From: Comamonadaceae bacterium
GTDB taxonomy: Bacteria; Pseudomonadota; Gammaproteobacteria; Burkholderiales; Burkholderiaceae_C
NCBI GenBank assembly: GCA_947461325.1
Contig: CANHLD010000001.1
Coordinates: forward strand, 1,591-65,590
Direction of reading: 5' to 3'
Length of the DNA stretch: 64,000 nucleotides
Shown here: piece by piece, positions 1-12,799 of the stretch
Layout: every line of letters begins with the position of its first letter
Position numbering within the stretch: the stretch's first letter is position 1
The notes under the pieces: model-generated
Database searches by the model: none
The model's input: the letters and a program-made list of their open reading frames with translations, nothing else
Told to the model about the DNA's origin: nothing
Program-made: the position numbers and the translations under genes

Positions 1-619
1 TTTTACCAAAGCCAATGCCGGGATCAATAACTATCCTGCTTGCATGTACGCCCGACGACTGAACTAACTTGGTTTGTTTTTGAAAAAACGCCACTACAGG
101 CTCTATAGATTCTTCTAGCATAGGTGTCAATTGCATGGTACTTGGCACACCATGCATATGCATGAGGCAAACACCACAGTCGTATTTAGCAACCACGTCT
201 AAAGCATTTGGTTGTCTCAATGCCCAAATATCGTTAATGATGTCGACACCCAAATCCAGAGATTTCTGCATATTTTCTGGATGATAAGTATCCACAGAAA
301 CAGGAATTTGCCAGCTTATAAGCTCACGCAATACAGGTTGTAAACGCTGCCACTCTTGATCATGGTTTAATGGCATAGCTCCAGGGCGTGTCGATTCACC
401 GCCAACATCTAAAATATCCGCCCCTTCACGTAATAATGTTTCTGCCTTAGTTAATGCATCCTGAGGTGAATCACTGGAGTCTTGTGAAGAAAATGAATCT
501 GGTGTGGCATTCACAATGCCCATAACCAATGGATTTTGGAGAGGCAGACTGAAACGTGTTGTCTTCCAAAAACCAACCCGGGAGGCAGAACCCAAGTTGG
601 TTTTAAGTGCTACATCCAT
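1..619 (-). CDS. folP: dihydropteroate synthase (3' end runs off window)
   Basis: Manual translation: MDVALKT...VMGIVNATPDSFS, DILDVGGESTRPG, SVDTY, IINDI, IDPGIGFGK. The ATG at 619 overlaps the ftsH stop (TGATG). Not in the ORF track because it is truncated. Confidence 0.93.
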   Translation of the reverse strand, partial: MDVALKTNLGSASRVGFWKTTRFSLPLQNPLVMGIVNATPDSFSSQDSSDSPQDALTKAETLLREGADILDVGGESTRPGAMPLNHDQEWQRLQPVLRELISWQIPVSVDTYHPENMQKSLDLGVDIINDIWALRQPNALDVVAKYDCGVCLMHMHGVPSTMQLTPMLEESIEPVVAFFQKQTKLVQSSGVHASRIVIDPGIGFGK

Positions 620-2532
620 CAAGCCGTAGAAGGTGAAGGATTGGAATGTACGGCCGGTGTGCCACCTGAGCCATCTCCTGATGATGGGGTACGTGGCGTC
701 CAATCTTTAGGCGGTCTTGGAGGACGTCCAGCCATGATGTCGTCTAGTTGGTCGCTGTCAATGGTTTCCCATTCCAATAAAGCATTGGCCATTGCATGCA
801 TTTTGTCCGCATTTTCTTCGATCAAACGTCTTGCGAGACTGTATTGCCCATCAATGATGCTTCTGACTTCATCGTCCACTTTTTTCATGGTCGATTCGCT
901 CATATTGGTGGTTTTAGTGACAGATCTGCCGAGAAAAACTTCGCCTTCATTTTCTGCATACACCATAGGACCCAGCGCTTCTGACATTCCGTAGCGCATG
1001 ACCATATCGCGTGCGATTTGCGTTGCTCGCTCAAAATCATTTGAGGCGCCAGTAGTCATCTGGTTCATGAAAACTTCTTCTGCAATACGCCCACCGAACA
1101 ACATACTTATTTGGCTAAGCATGTATGTTCTATCGTAGCTATAACGATCTGCCGCAGGCAAACTCATGGTTACACCGAGAGCACGACCACGCGGAATGAT
1201 GGTTACTTTGTGGACAGGGTCACATTTAGGCATTAATTTGCCAATCAATGCATGGCCTGATTCATGGTATGCCGTATTTTTTCTTTCATCCTCGGGCATC
1301 ACCATGCTGCGACGCTCCGGCCCCATCAGAATCTTGTCCTTGGCTTTTTCAAAGTCTTGCATTTCCACCACACGGGCATTGCGCCGAGCGGCCATGAGCG
1401 CAGCCTCATTGGTTAGATTGGCAAGATCAGCACCACTCATACCCGGGGTTCCTCTGGCGATCACGCTGGGCGATACATCCTGCCCAACTGGAATTTTGCG
1501 CATGTGGACATTTAAAATTTGTTCACGACCCCGAATGTCTGGCAATGTGACGTAAACCTGTCTGTCAAAACGGCCGGGACGCAATAAAGCCGCATCCAAA
1601 ATATCAGGCCGGTTGGTAGCGGCTACGACGATGACACCAAGATTTGTTTCAAAGCCATCCATCTCGACGAGCATTTGATTAAGAGTTTGTTCGCGTTCAT
1701 CGTTACCGCCGCCAAGTCCCGCACCACGTTGACGACCAACGGCATCAATTTCATCGATGAAAATAATACAAGGTGCATTTTTCTTCGCGTTTTCAAACAT
1801 GTCGCGAACGCGAGCAGCACCTACACCCACGAACATCTCCACGAAGTCGGAGCCGGAAATACTGAAAAAAGGCACCTTCGCTTCACCGGCAATGCCTTTG
1901 GCAAGCAAAGTCTTTCCTGTGCCCGGGGGGCCAACTAACAGCAAGCCTCGGGGAATGCGTCCGCCAAGTTTTTGAAATTTTTGCGGGTCTTTCAGAAAGT
2001 CAACAACCTCTTTGACTTCCTCTTTTGCTTCATCACATCCTGCGACATCAGCGAAGGTGACTGTGTTGTTGTTTTCATCCAGCATGCGTGCCTTGCTTTT
2101 ACCAAAGCTGAATGCACCGCCTTTACCGCCGCCTTGCATTTGGCGCATGAAGTAAACCCAGACGCCGATCAATAAAAGCATGGGCCCCCAACTGACAAGC
2201 AAGGTCATCAACAGTGACCCCTCTTCTCGCGGCTTTACATCAAATTTGACGTTGTTTGCAATCAGGTCACCCACTAAACCACGATCGAGATAAGTAGCGT
2301 TCGTGCGAACCTTGCGGTCGTCCGTAGTAGTGGCCACAATTTCTGTGCCGCCCTGACCTTCTTGGATAGTTGCAGACTTGATGCGTTTGCCTCTGACTTC
2401 TTCTAAGAAATCGGAATAAGCAAGATAACCGTTTCCTGCCTGACCACGTGTATCAAATTGCTTGAATACAGTAAAAAGCACCAAAGCAATCACAAGCCAA
2501 ACGGCCATTTTAGAAAACCAAGGGTTGTTCAA
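619..2532 (-). CDS. ftsH: ATP-dependent zinc metalloprotease FtsH
   Basis: Two N-terminal TM segments, Walker [35 protein letters not shown] zinc motif. Confidence 0.98.
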   Translation of the reverse strand: MNNPWFSKMAVWLVIALVLFTVFKQFDTRGQAGNGYLAYSDFLEEVRGKRIKSATIQEGQGGTEIVATTTDDRKVRTNATYLDRGLVGDLIANNVKFDVKPREEGSLLMTLLVSWGPMLLLIGVWVYFMRQMQGGGKGGAFSFGKSKARMLDENNNTVTFADVAGCDEAKEEVKEVVDFLKDPQKFQKLGGRIPRGLLLVGPPGTGKTLLAKGIAGEAKVPFFSISGSDFVEMFVGVGAARVRDMFENAKKNAPCIIFIDEIDAVGRQRGAGLGGGNDEREQTLNQMLVEMDGFETNLGVIVVAATNRPDILDAALLRPGRFDRQVYVTLPDIRGREQILNVHMRKIPVGQDVSPSVIARGTPGMSGADLANLTNEAALMAARRNARVVEMQDFEKAKDKILMGPERRSMVMPEDERKNTAYHESGHALIGKLMPKCDPVHKVTIIPRGRALGVTMSLPAADRYSYDRTYMLSQISMLFGGRIAEEVFMNQMTTGASNDFERATQIARDMVMRYGMSEALGPMVYAENEGEVFLGRSVTKTTNMSESTMKKVDDEVRSIIDGQYSLARRLIEENADKMHAMANALLEWETIDSDQLDDIMAGRPPRPPKDWTPRTPSSGDGSGGTPAVHSNPSPSTA

Positions 2533-2571
2533 TGCGAACTCCAGTCAGAAAAGTGCAGGCGATATGCCAAT

Positions 2572-2603
2572 ATCTAGTTTGAGACCATTTTAGGCTTTTC
2601 AAG
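2572..2603 (-). promoter_or_regulatory. possible sigma32-type promoter of ftsH
   Basis: Minus strand reads CTTGAAA-N13-CTCAAACT. Good sigma32 -35, weak -10. ftsH is heat-shock regulated in other proteobacteria. Confidence 0.25.
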
Positions 2604-2749
2604 CCGTTTGAATGTATTTAATCTGCTTGTGCAATGAACTTAGTACGGTTATTGAAATATTTAGCCCCATCCAGTCTCTTCTGCATGCGATGATATGGAA
2701 TTGATAATTTTTTAAAAGTAAAAATGGTTATTTAAATAATATTTATTAA

Positions 2750-3403
2750 TTACTTTAAGCCAATTCCAACTAAGAAATTTTCCGCTGACTTATCCCTGCT
2801 GGCCTTGGGTTTGAAAGGTTTAACCACTTTGAAAGTCTGCTTGAACAACTTAACCAATTGGCTGTATCCGCTTCCATGAAATACCTTCACGATCAACGCG
2901 CCATCTTTTTTCATTTGCAGCTGGCAAAACTCAACAGCCAATTCCACCAAGTGGGCCATTCTTGCTGCATCTGCTGACTCTACACCTGATAAGTTGGGTG
3001 CCATATCAGAAACCACGATATCAACCACCTTACCTTGCAAGCATTCACTAAGTTGTTGCAAGACTTCTGGCTCTCTGAAGTCACCCTGAATAAACTGAAC
3101 ACCTTCAATCGGCTCCATGGCTAGTATGTCCAAAGCAATTAAGGTAGCTCCCAATTCGCCGATGGCTGCACCCTCTGGCGCCATTTTCCTTCTTAAATAC
3201 TGGCTCCAAGCGCCTGGAGCACTTCCTAAATCAACAACCACCATACCGGGTTTGAGGAGACTCAATGATTCATCAATTTCTTTAAGCTTGTAAGCTGCAC
3301 GGGCTCGATAACCCTCTTTTTTTGCGAGCTTGACATACGGGTCATTGACATGGTCGTTCAACCATGATTTGTTTACTTTTTTACTTTGTGTTTTAACTTT
3401 CAA
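2750..3403 (-). CDS. rlmE: 23S rRNA Um2552 methyltransferase RlmE/FtsJ
   Basis: [37 protein letters not shown]; upstream of ftsH. Confidence 0.97.
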   Translation of the reverse strand: MKVKTQSKKVNKSWLNDHVNDPYVKLAKKEGYRARAAYKLKEIDESLSLLKPGMVVVDLGSAPGAWSQYLRRKMAPEGAAIGELGATLIALDILAMEPIEGVQFIQGDFREPEVLQQLSECLQGKVVDIVVSDMAPNLSGVESADAARMAHLVELAVEFCQLQMKKDGALIVKVFHGSGYSQLVKLFKQTFKVVKPFKPKASRDKSAENFLVGIGLK

Positions 3404-3437
3404 TTGAGAACCCTTTAACTAAGAAGATAATACCCGT

Positions 3438-3911
3438 ATGCCAGCCATTCAACTTACTCCCACAGAACGCAAAGTTCACCGAGCGCTTGCCCACCATCTT
3501 GACCCCGTGGTCATGATTGGCAATGACGGATTAACGCCATCAGTCCTCAAAGAGATTGATCTAGCCTTGAATTCACATGGACTGATTAAAGTCCGAGTGC
3601 TAGGGGATGATCGAAATCAGAGAGAGTCCATGTTCCATGAACTTGCTGATCAACTCGGTGCTGCACCCATACAGCACATTGGCAAATTACTGATTTTTTG
3701 GAGGCCACAGCCTGAAAAAGAAAAAAAATCAGATCTAGAAAAAATGCCTGGCCCCCGTGAATTCAAGGTCTTGAAGTACAGCAGCAGAGGCGGTCAAAGA
3801 CCAGAGATGAAAAGAGTAACCATACTGGGTAATCAACGACTTGCGGCCGGTGGTCAAGTCAAAAGAGCTAAGCCTAAACAAAAATCAATTAAAAAGAAAA
3901 ACCAAATTTGA
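3438..3911 (+). CDS. yhbY: YhbY/CRM-domain RNA-binding protein with basic C-terminal extension
   Basis: AHHLDPVVMIG, HGLIKVRV, QHIGKLLIFWR; divergent from rlmE. Confidence 0.92.
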   Translation: MPAIQLTPTERKVHRALAHHLDPVVMIGNDGLTPSVLKEIDLALNSHGLIKVRVLGDDRNQRESMFHELADQLGAAPIQHIGKLLIFWRPQPEKEKKSDLEKMPGPREFKVLKYSSRGGQRPEMKRVTILGNQRLAAGGQVKRAKPKQKSIKKKNQI

Positions 3912-3915
3912 AGCA

Positions 3916-4392
3916 TCAAATATACGAAACCTTAATGATCTCGTAGCGTTTAATGCCGCCAGGGGCTTGGACACTGGCAACATCTCCTTCTTCTTTTCCT
4001 ATCAAGGCTCTGGCGATTGGACTGCTTATATTGATCAAACCTAATTTCAAATCTGCTTCATCCTCTCCGACGATTTGATATTTCACCCTGTCTGCTGTCT
4101 CTTCATCTTCGAGTTCCACAGTAGCACCAAAAACCACTCTTCCGCCTGCATCTAAAGTAGCTGGATCGATGATTTGGGACATTGATAATTTACTTTCAAT
4201 TTCTTGAATACGTCCTTCAATAAAGCCCTGACGATCCTTGGCAGCATCATATTCAGCGTTTTCGCTCAGATCACCCTGGGCACGCGCTTCAGCAATGGCA
4301 TTGATCACCCAAGGTCTGTCGACAGTTTTTAAAGTGTGCAGTTCTTGCTTGAGTTTTTCTGCGCCTAATTTAGTGATAGGAATGGTTGCCAT
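3916..4392 (-). CDS. greA: transcription elongation factor GreA
   Basis: [24 protein letters not shown]; follows carB. Confidence 0.97.
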   Translation of the reverse strand: MATIPITKLGAEKLKQELHTLKTVDRPWVINAIAEARAQGDLSENAEYDAAKDRQGFIEGRIQEIESKLSMSQIIDPATLDAGGRVVFGATVELEDEETADRVKYQIVGEDEADLKLGLINISSPIARALIGKEEGDVASVQAPGGIKRYEIIKVSYI

Positions 4393-4416
4393 AGTGAGTG
4401 ATGGTTTTTTTAAGGA

Positions 4417-7400
4417 TCAAGAATGCAATTGGAGATGCAACTCCTGCAGTGAATAAACGTCAAGATTGTCTAAATACTTCATCCCTTGAACAGCAGCCTC
4501 AGCGCCGGCAATGGTGGTGAATGTGGTGACTCTGGCCAAAAGGGAAGAAATACGAATTTGTCTTGAGTCAGCGATTGCATTACGACGCTCCTCCACGGTG
4601 TTAATAACAAGTGCAATTTCATTATTTTTGATCATATCGACCACATGGGGCCTACCTTCAGTCACTTTGTTAACGGCGGCAACTGGAATACCCGCAGACA
4701 GGATCGCAGCAGCCGTTCCTTTGGTTGCAACAAGGTCAAACCCATATGCAAATAAGCTACGCGCCACTTCAACGGCTCTTTGTTTATCTGCATTTTTAAC
4801 AGTGAGAAAGACTTTGCGCACAGCGTCACTGGGGCGGGGCAGCTTGGTTCCAGCGCCAATTTGGCTCTTCACAAAAGCCTCTCCGAAGCTGAATCCCACA
4901 CCCATCACCTCTCCCGTGGATTTCATCTCCGGACCGAGAATGGTATCAACTCCAGGAAACTTAACAAAAGGAAAAACAGCTTCCTTGACGCTGTAATAGG
5001 GCGGAATGACTTCTTCGGTAATGCCCTGTGATTTCAGACTTTGTCCTACCATACAACGAGCCGCTACTTTAGCGAGTTGAATACCGGTGGCCTTGCTAAC
5101 AAATGGTACGGTGCGACTGGCTCTGGGATTGACTTCCAAAACATATATAACGTCCTCGCCATCCAATCTTTGAATAGCAAATTGCACATTCATCAAACCC
5201 ACAACTTTCAGCCCGTGCGCCATTTCTGACGTTTGTCTTTTTAATTCGTTGATAGTTGTAATTGAAAGCGAGTACGGGGGCAATGAACATGCGGAGTCAC
5301 CACTGTGAACACCCGCTTGTTCGATGTGCTCCATCACGCCGCCTATGAATACCTGTTGTCCATCACAGATTGCATCCACATCGCATTCAATGGCATCATT
5401 TAAAAACCTGTCAAGCAACACAGGAGATTCATGACTCACCTTGACAGCCTCTCGCATATATCGCTCAAGATCTCTTTGCTCATGCACGATCTCCATGGCT
5501 CGTCCGCCCAGTACATAACTTGGACGAACTACTAGCGGATATCCCAATTGATGAGCTTTTTCAAGCGCTTCCTCTTCCGTGCGGGCGGTCGCATTGGGGG
5601 GTTGACGCAAACCCAATGAATGCAACAGTTGTTGAAAGCGCTCTCTGTCTTCTGCAGCATCAATCATGTCTGGAGAAGTGCCAATGATGGGAACTCCTTC
5701 TGCCTCTAGTCCAAGTGCCAACTTCAAAGGCGTTTGTCCACCATACTGAACAATCACGCCGTATGGTTTTTCTTTGTCAACAATTTCTAAAACATCTTCC
5801 AGCGTTAGCGGTTCAAAATATAAACGGTCACTGGTGTCATAGTCAGTTGAAACAGTCTCTGGATTGCAATTGACCATGATTGTTTCAAATCCGTCCTCAC
5901 GCATGGCCAGGGCTGCATGCACACAGCAATAGTCAAATTCAATACCTTGACCAATCCGATTCGGCCCCCCACCAAGAACAATAATTTTTTTCTTGTCTGA
6001 AGGCATGGACTCACATTCAGACTCGTATGTTGAATACATATACGCTGTACTCGTAGAAAATTCAGCAGCACATGTATCTACGCGTTTAAACACAGGACGT
6101 ACTCCCAATGCTTTGCGAGCCTCACGAACTTCTTTTTCAGTCGTCTTCAACTGCTTTGCTAAACGCCTATCAGAAAAACCTTTTTGCTTTAGCTGACGTA
6201 ACTCAGAGGCGGTAATGTCACTTAAACGGTGCTTTTCAAGCTCTAATTCAATTTTGACAATTTCTTCTATTTGAACAAGAAACCACGGATCAATACAGGT
6301 CAAAGAAAAAACCTCATCAACGCTCATACCCATGGCAAACGCATCACCCACATACCAAATGCGGTCTGGACCAGGCGCACCCAGTTCTTTTTCCAACACC
6401 TCCCGGTCTTGGGTTTTTTCGTTCATTCCGTCGACACCCACTTCTAGTCCACGCAAAGCCTTTTGAAAAGACTCTTGGAAAGTACGACCGATGGCCATGA
6501 CCTCTCCAACAGACTTCATTTGTGTAGTTAATCTGCTGTCAGCGGTTGGGAATTTTTCAAAAGCAAACCGAGGAATTTTGGTGACAACGTAGTCAATACT
6601 TGGCTCAAAACTGGCAGGGGTTGCACCCCCAGTGATGTCGTTTCTCAATTCATCTAACGTAAATCCAACAGCCAATTTGGCAGCCACTTTTGCTATTGGA
6701 AAACCTGTAGCTTTAGATGCCAAGGCAGACGATCGTGAAACACGCGGATTCATTTCAATCACAACCATGCGACCATCCACAGGGTTGATTGAAAACTGCA
6801 CGTTTGATCCACCCGTATCAACGCCAATCTCTCGCAGCACTGCAAGACTGGCGTTCCTCATGATCTGGTATTCCTTGTCAGTCAAAGTTTGTGCAGGTGC
6901 AACTGTGATGGAGTCCCCGGTGTGCACGCCCATTGGATCTAAGTTTTCAATAGAGCAAACAATGATGCAGTTGTCAGCCTGATCTCTGACAACTTCCATT
7001 TCATATTCTTTCCAACCAAGAAGTGATTCTTCAATCAGTAATTCGCTGGTAGGAGAAGCCTCTAAACCTCGCTTGCAAATAACTTCAAATTCTTCTGCGT
7101 TGTATGCAATGCCACCGCCGGTTCCACCCAGCGTAAAGCTTGGGCGAATGACAACTGGAAAGCCAACTGTTTTTTGTACGATCCAAGCCTCATCTAGCGA
7201 GTGTGCTATTCCAGAGCGCGCCGATCCAAGCCCGATTTTGGTCATGGCATCTTTGAATTTCAAACGATCTTCGGCTTTGTCTATCGCCTCTGGAGAAGCG
7301 CCAATCAGCTCAACCGGTTTCCCTGTATTCGCACCCAAGTATTTATCCAAAATACCGTGACGCCATAAATCAAGTGCGCAATTTAAAGCCGTCTGCCCAC

Positions 7401-7671
7401 CCATGGTGGGCAAAATAGCATCAGGCTTTTCTTTGGCAATGATTTTTTCAACCGTTTTCCATGTGATAGGTTCTATGTACGTCACATCAGCTGTAGCAGG
7501 ATCGGTCATGATAGTTGCCGGATTGCTATTGATCAAAATGACTTTGTAGCCTTCTTCGCGCAATGCCTTACAAGCTTGAACGCCGGAGTAATCAAATTCA
7601 CATGCCTGTCCAATCACAATAGGACCAGCACCAATGAGCAAAATACTTTTTATATCTGTACGCTTAGGCAT
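4417..7671 (-). CDS. carB: carbamoyl-phosphate synthase large subunit
   Basis: [17 protein letters not shown], duplicated ATP-grasp domains, C-terminal MGS domain. Confidence 0.99.
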   Translation of the reverse strand: MPKRTDIKSILLIGAGPIVIGQACEFDYSGVQACKALREEGYKVILINSNPATIMTDPATADVTYIEPITWKTVEKIIAKEKPDAILPTMGGQTALNCALDLWRHGILDKYLGANTGKPVELIGASPEAIDKAEDRLKFKDAMTKIGLGSARSGIAHSLDEAWIVQKTVGFPVVIRPSFTLGGTGGGIAYNAEEFEVICKRGLEASPTSELLIEESLLGWKEYEMEVVRDQADNCIIVCSIENLDPMGVHTGDSITVAPAQTLTDKEYQIMRNASLAVLREIGVDTGGSNVQFSINPVDGRMVVIEMNPRVSRSSALASKATGFPIAKVAAKLAVGFTLDELRNDITGGATPASFEPSIDYVVTKIPRFAFEKFPTADSRLTTQMKSVGEVMAIGRTFQESFQKALRGLEVGVDGMNEKTQDREVLEKELGAPGPDRIWYVGDAFAMGMSVDEVFSLTCIDPWFLVQIEEIVKIELELEKHRLSDITASELRQLKQKGFSDRRLAKQLKTTEKEVREARKALGVRPVFKRVDTCAAEFSTSTAYMYSTYESECESMPSDKKKIIVLGGGPNRIGQGIEFDYCCVHAALAMREDGFETIMVNCNPETVSTDYDTSDRLYFEPLTLEDVLEIVDKEKPYGVIVQYGGQTPLKLALGLEAEGVPIIGTSPDMIDAAEDRERFQQLLHSLGLRQPPNATARTEEEALEKAHQLGYPLVVRPSYVLGGRAMEIVHEQRDLERYMREAVKVSHESPVLLDRFLNDAIECDVDAICDGQQVFIGGVMEHIEQAGVHSGDSACSLPPYSLSITTINELKRQTSEMAHGLKVVGLMNVQFAIQRLDGEDVIYVLEVNPRASRTVPFVSKATGIQLAKVAARCMVGQSLKSQGITEEVIPPYYSVKEAVFPFVKFPGVDTILGPEMKSTGEVMGVGFSFGEAFVKSQIGAGTKLPRPSDAVRKVFLTVKNADKQRAVEVARSLFAYGFDLVATKGTAAAILSAGIPVAAVNKVTEGRPHVVDMIKNNEIALVINTVEERRNAIADSRQIRISSLLARVTTFTTIAGAEAAVQGMKYLDNLDVYSLQELHLQLHS

Positions 7672-8836
7672 GTTGAGTCACCGCCATTGAATGAACAAAA
7701 CGGTCAAACAAATAACCTATGTCGTGAGGCCCGGGAGATGCCTCAGGATGTCCTTGAAAACTGAACGCTGCTTGCCCAGTTAACTCCAATCCTTGCAAAC
7801 TCCCATCAAACAAGCTGATGTGAGTTGGCCTGACATGCGAAGGCAAAGACTTTTCGTCAACGGCAAAACCATGGTTTTGACTAGTGATAGATACACGCGA
7901 AGTCAGTAAATCTTTGACCGGATGGTTTGCCCCATGATGACCGAATTTCATTTTGTATGTTTTAGCTCCGCATGCAAGCGCAAGGATCTGGTGACCTAGA
8001 CAAATACCGAAAATAGGAACTTTTTTGTTTAATAAACTTTGAGTTGCTTCAATGGCGTACCGACATGGTCCCGGATCCCCGGGGCCGTTTGACAAGAAAA
8101 CCCCGTCTGGCCTTAATTTCAAGACATCCTCAGCAGAGGTTTTAGCCGGCACAACAGTGATCTTGCAACCTCTTTGCGCCAACATGCGAAGTATGTTTTT
8201 CTTGACGCCGAAATCGTAAGCCACCACATTCAATTGGGGACTGTTCGTGTGACCATAGCCTTTGCCAAGTTCCCATTCTGTTTCATTCCAAGAATAGCTT
8301 TCTGACGAAGTGACTTTTGATGCCAGATCCAATCCATTCATCGAAGGAGCTTGTTTGGCGTTGCCAATAGCCTTTTGAATAAGCTCTTCAGTGATTTGAA
8401 CCCCTTGAGAAAAACTTTCAATTGCGGCGTTTTGTGAACCATTTTCACGCAAGTGCCGTGTCAACATGCGTGTATCTATATCTGATATGGCAACTGTTTT
8501 GTGAGTCCGCAAGAAAAAACCCAAGTCACTGCTGGCTCGGAAGTTAGAGTGTTTGAGAGGAAGATTTTTGATGACCAACCCTGCCGCATAAACGCCAGAA
8601 GACTCATTGTCTTCTGTGTTAACCCCATAGTTACCTATATGCGAGTATGTAAGCGTAACGAGTTGTTGGCTGTAACTTGGATCAGTCAATATTTCCTGAT
8701 AACCGGTCATTGACGTATTGAATACTAATTCTCCGACAGTTTTTCCGCTGTGACCAACGGATTGACCAACGAAAACAGTACCGTCTGAAAGGGCCAAAAT
8801 AGCGGGAGGATGATTTCCCTGAAGAGTCAAAAGCAC
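7664..8836 (-). CDS. carA: carbamoyl-phosphate synthase small subunit
   Basis: [44 protein letters not shown]. Confidence 0.98.
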   Translation of the reverse strand: MLLTLQGNHPPAILALSDGTVFVGQSVGHSGKTVGELVFNTSMTGYQEILTDPSYSQQLVTLTYSHIGNYGVNTEDNESSGVYAAGLVIKNLPLKHSNFRASSDLGFFLRTHKTVAISDIDTRMLTRHLRENGSQNAAIESFSQGVQITEELIQKAIGNAKQAPSMNGLDLASKVTSSESYSWNETEWELGKGYGHTNSPQLNVVAYDFGVKKNILRMLAQRGCKITVVPAKTSAEDVLKLRPDGVFLSNGPGDPGPCRYAIEATQSLLNKKVPIFGICLGHQILALACGAKTYKMKFGHHGANHPVKDLLTSRVSITSQNHGFAVDEKSLPSHVRPTHISLFDGSLQGLELTGQAAFSFQGHPEASPGPHDIGYLFDRFVHSMAVTQHA

Positions 8837-8962
8837 TCAGATCTCCGAGTTTCGGTGACGCCCTCTACACAAGAGATGCACTCTCTTTGAAAGTTATGCA
8901 AGGGGAATGGCTTTTTTTTGAGCTAAGGGCGTACTGTTGGTGTGAAAAAGTCCACCATTATA
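8837..8962 (-). promoter_or_regulatory. carA promoter (-10 TATAAT) and structured 5' leader
   Basis: TATAAT at 8957-8962 on minus strand. ACGCCCT (8858-8864) pairs with AGGGCGT (8926-8932). Inner hairpin 8871-8887 and a small hairpin at the SD. Confidence 0.4.
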
Positions 8963-8988
8963 TCCCTCTACCCTGCGGCCTACGCTTT

Positions 8989-9777
8989 CTAAAACTTCTC
9001 TATTCGTTGAGACGCGTGTGCATGCAAACAAATGGCCGCAGCTGCAGCTACATTGAGTGATTCCTGCCCTCCGGGTTGAGTTATTCTGACTCTGCGTGTA
9101 TTTGCAGACTGCCAATTTTGACTGACGCCACGTCCCTCGTGTCCAAAAACCCATAAACACGCAGTTGGCAAAAGTTGCTGCCTGCTTAACTCATGTAAAA
9201 ACTCACCATGGTGTGAATCAGTGAGCAATATTGGAAGAGATAAATGAATGAGTTGATTAATTTCAACGGATTCAATCAACTGCAAGCTAAAGTGGGCACC
9301 CATTCCAGCACGAACAACTTTGGGCGACCACAAAGAAACTGATCCTGGTGTTGTCACAATCTGCCGTATTCCAAATGCTGCCGCACAGCGAATAATGGAT
9401 CCTGCATTTCCTGGATCTTGAACTTCGTCTAGAACCACAATTGGCCCTGAAGGATCTATCGCATGAATGTCTGAAATGACAAGTGAGCCCAGAACCCAGG
9501 TTGCTGAGGGCAATTGACTTAGCGCGTTCAGTAAATTTTGCGGCATGGTGTAAATATGCGCAGCAGATTTCGACCAAAAATCCAGTTCGCTCTCTACTAA
9601 AGTGTCGAGCAAAATTATTTCCTTGAAATGCAATCCTTTTTCGATGGCTGATCGGCAGAGATTCTCCCCTTCTATCCATAAATGATTGTCTGACTTGTAT
9701 CCTGAATTTTCCTTTAGAGCGCTGCGCAGACGCTTAAAAACAGGATTATCTTTTGATGTTATCGCTTTAAATGTCAT
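8989..9777 (-). CDS. TrmH/SpoU family RNA methyltransferase
   Basis: VQDPGNAGSIIR, FGHEGRG, ESLNVAAAAAI. Start trimmed to MTFKAITS. Confidence 0.9.
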   Translation of the reverse strand: MTFKAITSKDNPVFKRLRSALKENSGYKSDNHLWIEGENLCRSAIEKGLHFKEIILLDTLVESELDFWSKSAAHIYTMPQNLLNALSQLPSATWVLGSLVISDIHAIDPSGPIVVLDEVQDPGNAGSIIRCAAAFGIRQIVTTPGSVSLWSPKVVRAGMGAHFSLQLIESVEINQLIHLSLPILLTDSHHGEFLHELSRQQLLPTACLWVFGHEGRGVSQNWQSANTRRVRITQPGGQESLNVAAAAAICLHAHASQRIEKF

Positions 9778-9787
9778 AGCTTTGTTA

Positions 9788-10414
9788 TTAGGATTTTTTT
9801 TGAAGTGACTGAATGACAGGCGCAAAACTCATTCTGTGCAAAATAGTCGGCCCATGTGTAGACAATGCATTCAAATGCTGACGTGTTCCATATCCCTTGT
9901 GCTTTGCAAATCCATATTCTGGAAAAGAACTGTCTATAGACTTGCACCATAAATCACGCTCGACTTTAGCCAATATCGAAGCCGCAGAAATAGAGGGTAC
10001 TTTGGCATCACCTTGGATGATTGCCTCAGCCAATATATCCAAGACTGGCAAGCGATTTCCGTCAATCAATGCCTTACCTGGTTTTAGTCTTAATCCTGCG
10101 ATGGCGCGTTGCATAGCCAGCATAGTCGCTCGGAGAATATTGAGCTCATCGATTTCAGCAACTGAAGCTTGAGCCACACAAAAACATAAAGCTTTTGCAC
10201 GGATTTCTTCGTAGAGTTTTTCTCTTTTTTTTTCACTCAGTTTTTTTGAATCTGCCAGTCCTGAAATTGGCAATAAATCATCAAGAATAACGGCCGCCGC
10301 AAAAACCGGCCCTGCCAATGGTCCTCTGCCAGCTTCATCGACACCAGCAACCAGAGCAGGCGAATCCCAATTTAACGGCGTTTGCTTAGAGGCTAATGAT
10401 TTTTTCAATTGCAT
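9788..10414 (-). CDS. rnhB: ribonuclease HII
   Basis: [42 protein letters not shown]. Confidence 0.96.
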   Translation of the reverse strand: MQLKKSLASKQTPLNWDSPALVAGVDEAGRGPLAGPVFAAAVILDDLLPISGLADSKKLSEKKREKLYEEIRAKALCFCVAQASVAEIDELNILRATMLAMQRAIAGLRLKPGKALIDGNRLPVLDILAEAIIQGDAKVPSISAASILAKVERDLWCKSIDSSFPEYGFAKHKGYGTRQHLNALSTHGPTILHRMSFAPVIQSLQKKS

Positions 10415-11555
10415 GTTGAGCCACTCTAGGCGTATCAAGACTCAAATCTTGATGCATTTTTAAAAAAATCTTTTGCAAATGCGTGACTTCAGCGGGATGA
10501 TTTAACCAATCCAGCACTCCTTGCGCAATCAATGTGGGTGTAGCCTTTGACTGCAAATACTCTGGCACTACAAAATCTTTACATATGATGTTGGGCAGTC
10601 CGACCCAAGGTTGCAATCGCTTTGCTTGTGTAATTTGCCAACTTAACCAAGGCATGGCGTAAGAAATCACCATAGGACATTTAAACAATGCAGTTTCCAA
10701 AGTTGCCGTCCCGCTCGCCACCATAGCCACATCCGCAGCGGCCATGCATTGGTGGCTTTGACCATTGAGTATTTTCAAATGCCGTAGTTGTGGAAAATCT
10801 TTGATGTGTCTATCAAGGTACTGCCGCATACCAGGGGCAACAGGCAATAAGGGAATAATATGCGGATGCTTTTTTTGGATGATTTCAACGGCTTTTAAGA
10901 ATCTAGGAGCCATTTGGTTAATTTCATCTTTTCTGCTTCCTGGCAGAACAACAACCACGACGTCGTCTGACTTGAGTCCTAAACTCTTTTTCGCAAAATC
11001 TTTATCAGGTATTTGCGGAATGAGTTTAGCTAAAGGGTGCCCGACAAAAGTCGACGGTATGCCATTTTCAGCCAAAATTTCAGGCTCAAAGGGGAAAATA
11101 CACAACACGTGATCAACGCTGCTTTTGATTTTTTTGACTCTGTGCGCTCGCCAAGCCCAAATCGAGGGGCAAACAAATTGAATTGTTGGAATTTTTTGAA
11201 GACGTAACTCACGTGCCAAATCTAAATTAAAGTCTGGCGCATCAATTCCAATGAACAAATCTGGAGGAAATTGCAGCAGTTGATTTTTCAGAGTATCTCG
11301 TATGCGAACAATCTCACGATAGTGCTTTAAAACTTCAACATAACCTCGAACTGAAAGTTTCTCCATTTGCCATAAGGAGTGAAACCCTAGACTGATCATT
11401 TGAGGCCCACCAATTCCGGACATTTCTAAATTCGGCCAGCAGTTTTTAAATTCAGGAATTAATATGGATGCAAGCAGATCTCCTGAAGTTTCACCCGCAA
11501 CCATGGCAAAGTACGGGGAACCGGTTTTTTCCACTCTGATGCTATGTTGATTCAA
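10386..11555 (-). CDS. lpxB: lipid-A-disaccharide synthase
   Basis: AGETSGD, IDAPDFN, PSIWAWR, FVGHP, LPGSR, SGTATLE. Confidence 0.97.
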   Translation of the reverse strand: MNQHSIRVEKTGSPYFAMVAGETSGDLLASILIPEFKNCWPNLEMSGIGGPQMISLGFHSLWQMEKLSVRGYVEVLKHYREIVRIRDTLKNQLLQFPPDLFIGIDAPDFNLDLARELRLQKIPTIQFVCPSIWAWRAHRVKKIKSSVDHVLCIFPFEPEILAENGIPSTFVGHPLAKLIPQIPDKDFAKKSLGLKSDDVVVVVLPGSRKDEINQMAPRFLKAVEIIQKKHPHIIPLLPVAPGMRQYLDRHIKDFPQLRHLKILNGQSHQCMAAADVAMVASGTATLETALFKCPMVISYAMPWLSWQITQAKRLQPWVGLPNIICKDFVVPEYLQSKATPTLIAQGVLDWLNHPAEVTHLQKIFLKMHQDLSLDTPRVAQHAIEKIISL

Positions 11556-12346
11556 CGAATAATTCCGCGCTCAGAGGGTACGGAAACTAAAAAGTCGATC
11601 ATGGTTTTAACAATAGATTGAACACCTAGATTGCCATCAATGATTTTATTGATTTCAGTGATTGAATCTTCCAATGTCAAACCATTTCGATAAATCATTT
11701 TATGCAAAGTTTTCACAACTTTGATTTGCTCTTGTGTATAGCCTCGCCTCTTTAATCCCTCATAGTTCATAGAGCGAACCTTCGCAGGTTGACCTTGGCA
11801 CATAGCAAACGGTGGCAAATCCGCAAATAAAAGCGAATTCATAGCTGTGAAGCTATGCGCACCAATCCGGCAGTATTGGTGAACCACCGTAAAGCCACCC
11901 AAGATGGCCCAATCACCCACAGATACATGCCCTGCCAATTGGGTGCTGTTAGCGAAAATAGTGTGATGCCCAATTTGACAATCATGGGCCAAATGAACAT
12001 ACGCCATGATCCAGTTATCGTTTCCTAAGCGAGTGACGCCTTTATCGTTAGCAGTACCTATATTGAACGTACAAAACTCTCTGATCGTATTTCTGTCGCC
12101 AATAATTAACTCACAAGGCTCACCCGCATATTTCTTATCTTGCGGCACGGCACCTAAAGAATTAAATTGAAAAATAGTGTTGTCACAGCCAATGGTAGTT
12201 CTTCCCTGAATCACACAGTGGGATCCAATTTTTGTTCCTGCTCCGATGCGAACGTTAGGACCAATAGTAGTGAATGGTCCCACTGTCACAGTGCTGTCTA
12301 ATTCAGCAGCGGAATCCACCAAAGCTGAAGGATGAATATTGGCCAT
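11552..12346 (-). CDS. lpxA: UDP-N-acetylglucosamine acyltransferase
   Basis: Hexapeptide repeats, PQDKKY, HLAHDC, VHQ; start at MANIHP. Confidence 0.96.
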   Translation of the reverse strand: MANIHPSALVDSAAELDSTVTVGPFTTIGPNVRIGAGTKIGSHCVIQGRTTIGCDNTIFQFNSLGAVPQDKKYAGEPCELIIGDRNTIREFCTFNIGTANDKGVTRLGNDNWIMAYVHLAHDCQIGHHTIFANSTQLAGHVSVGDWAILGGFTVVHQYCRIGAHSFTAMNSLLFADLPPFAMCQGQPAKVRSMNYEGLKRRGYTQEQIKVVKTLHKMIYRNGLTLEDSITEINKIIDGNLGVQSIVKTMIDFLVSVPSERGIIR

Positions 12347-12351
12347 TGTCT

Positions 12352-12789
12352 TTAATCTATTCTGCGCATGGTGCACATCAACTCAGCCTCAACAGCTAAC
12401 TCTGTTGCCACCATGGCTTTCGCTTTGAATTTAAAAATTCCTGCTTTCATTCGATCAAGTTCAACCATCAGTGTAAGCACATCGCCGGGCTCGACCGGTC
12501 TTTTAAAGCGCGCTGAATCAATGCCCGCGAAATAATAAATGACCTTTTCATCAGGAACCATATCTAGCGTATCAAATGAAAGCAAGGCAGCAGCCTGTGC
12601 AAGTGCTTCAAGCATGAGAACACCCGGCATGACTGGTCGATGCGGAAAATGTCCATTGAAAAAAGGTTCATTGATAGTGACATTTTTGATGGCAACGATA
12701 GATTTACCTTTGTTTAACTCTATGACTCGGTCAACCAATAGAAATGGATATCTATGCGGTAATAATTTCAAAATCTGATGTATATCCAT
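12352..12789 (-). CDS. fabZ: 3-hydroxyacyl-ACP dehydratase
   Basis: [30 protein letters not shown]. Confidence 0.98.
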   Translation of the reverse strand: MDIHQILKLLPHRYPFLLVDRVIELNKGKSIVAIKNVTINEPFFNGHFPHRPVMPGVLMLEALAQAAALLSFDTLDMVPDEKVIYYFAGIDSARFKRPVEPGDVLTLMVELDRMKAGIFKFKAKAMVATELAVEAELMCTMRRID

Positions 12790-12799
12790 TGTGGGTACC

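Noticed and set aside
2700-2750. AT-rich palindromic stretch resembling a dif site
   Set aside because: The XerC and XerD arms do not match at the required 6-nt spacing; likely just AT-rich intergenic DNA.
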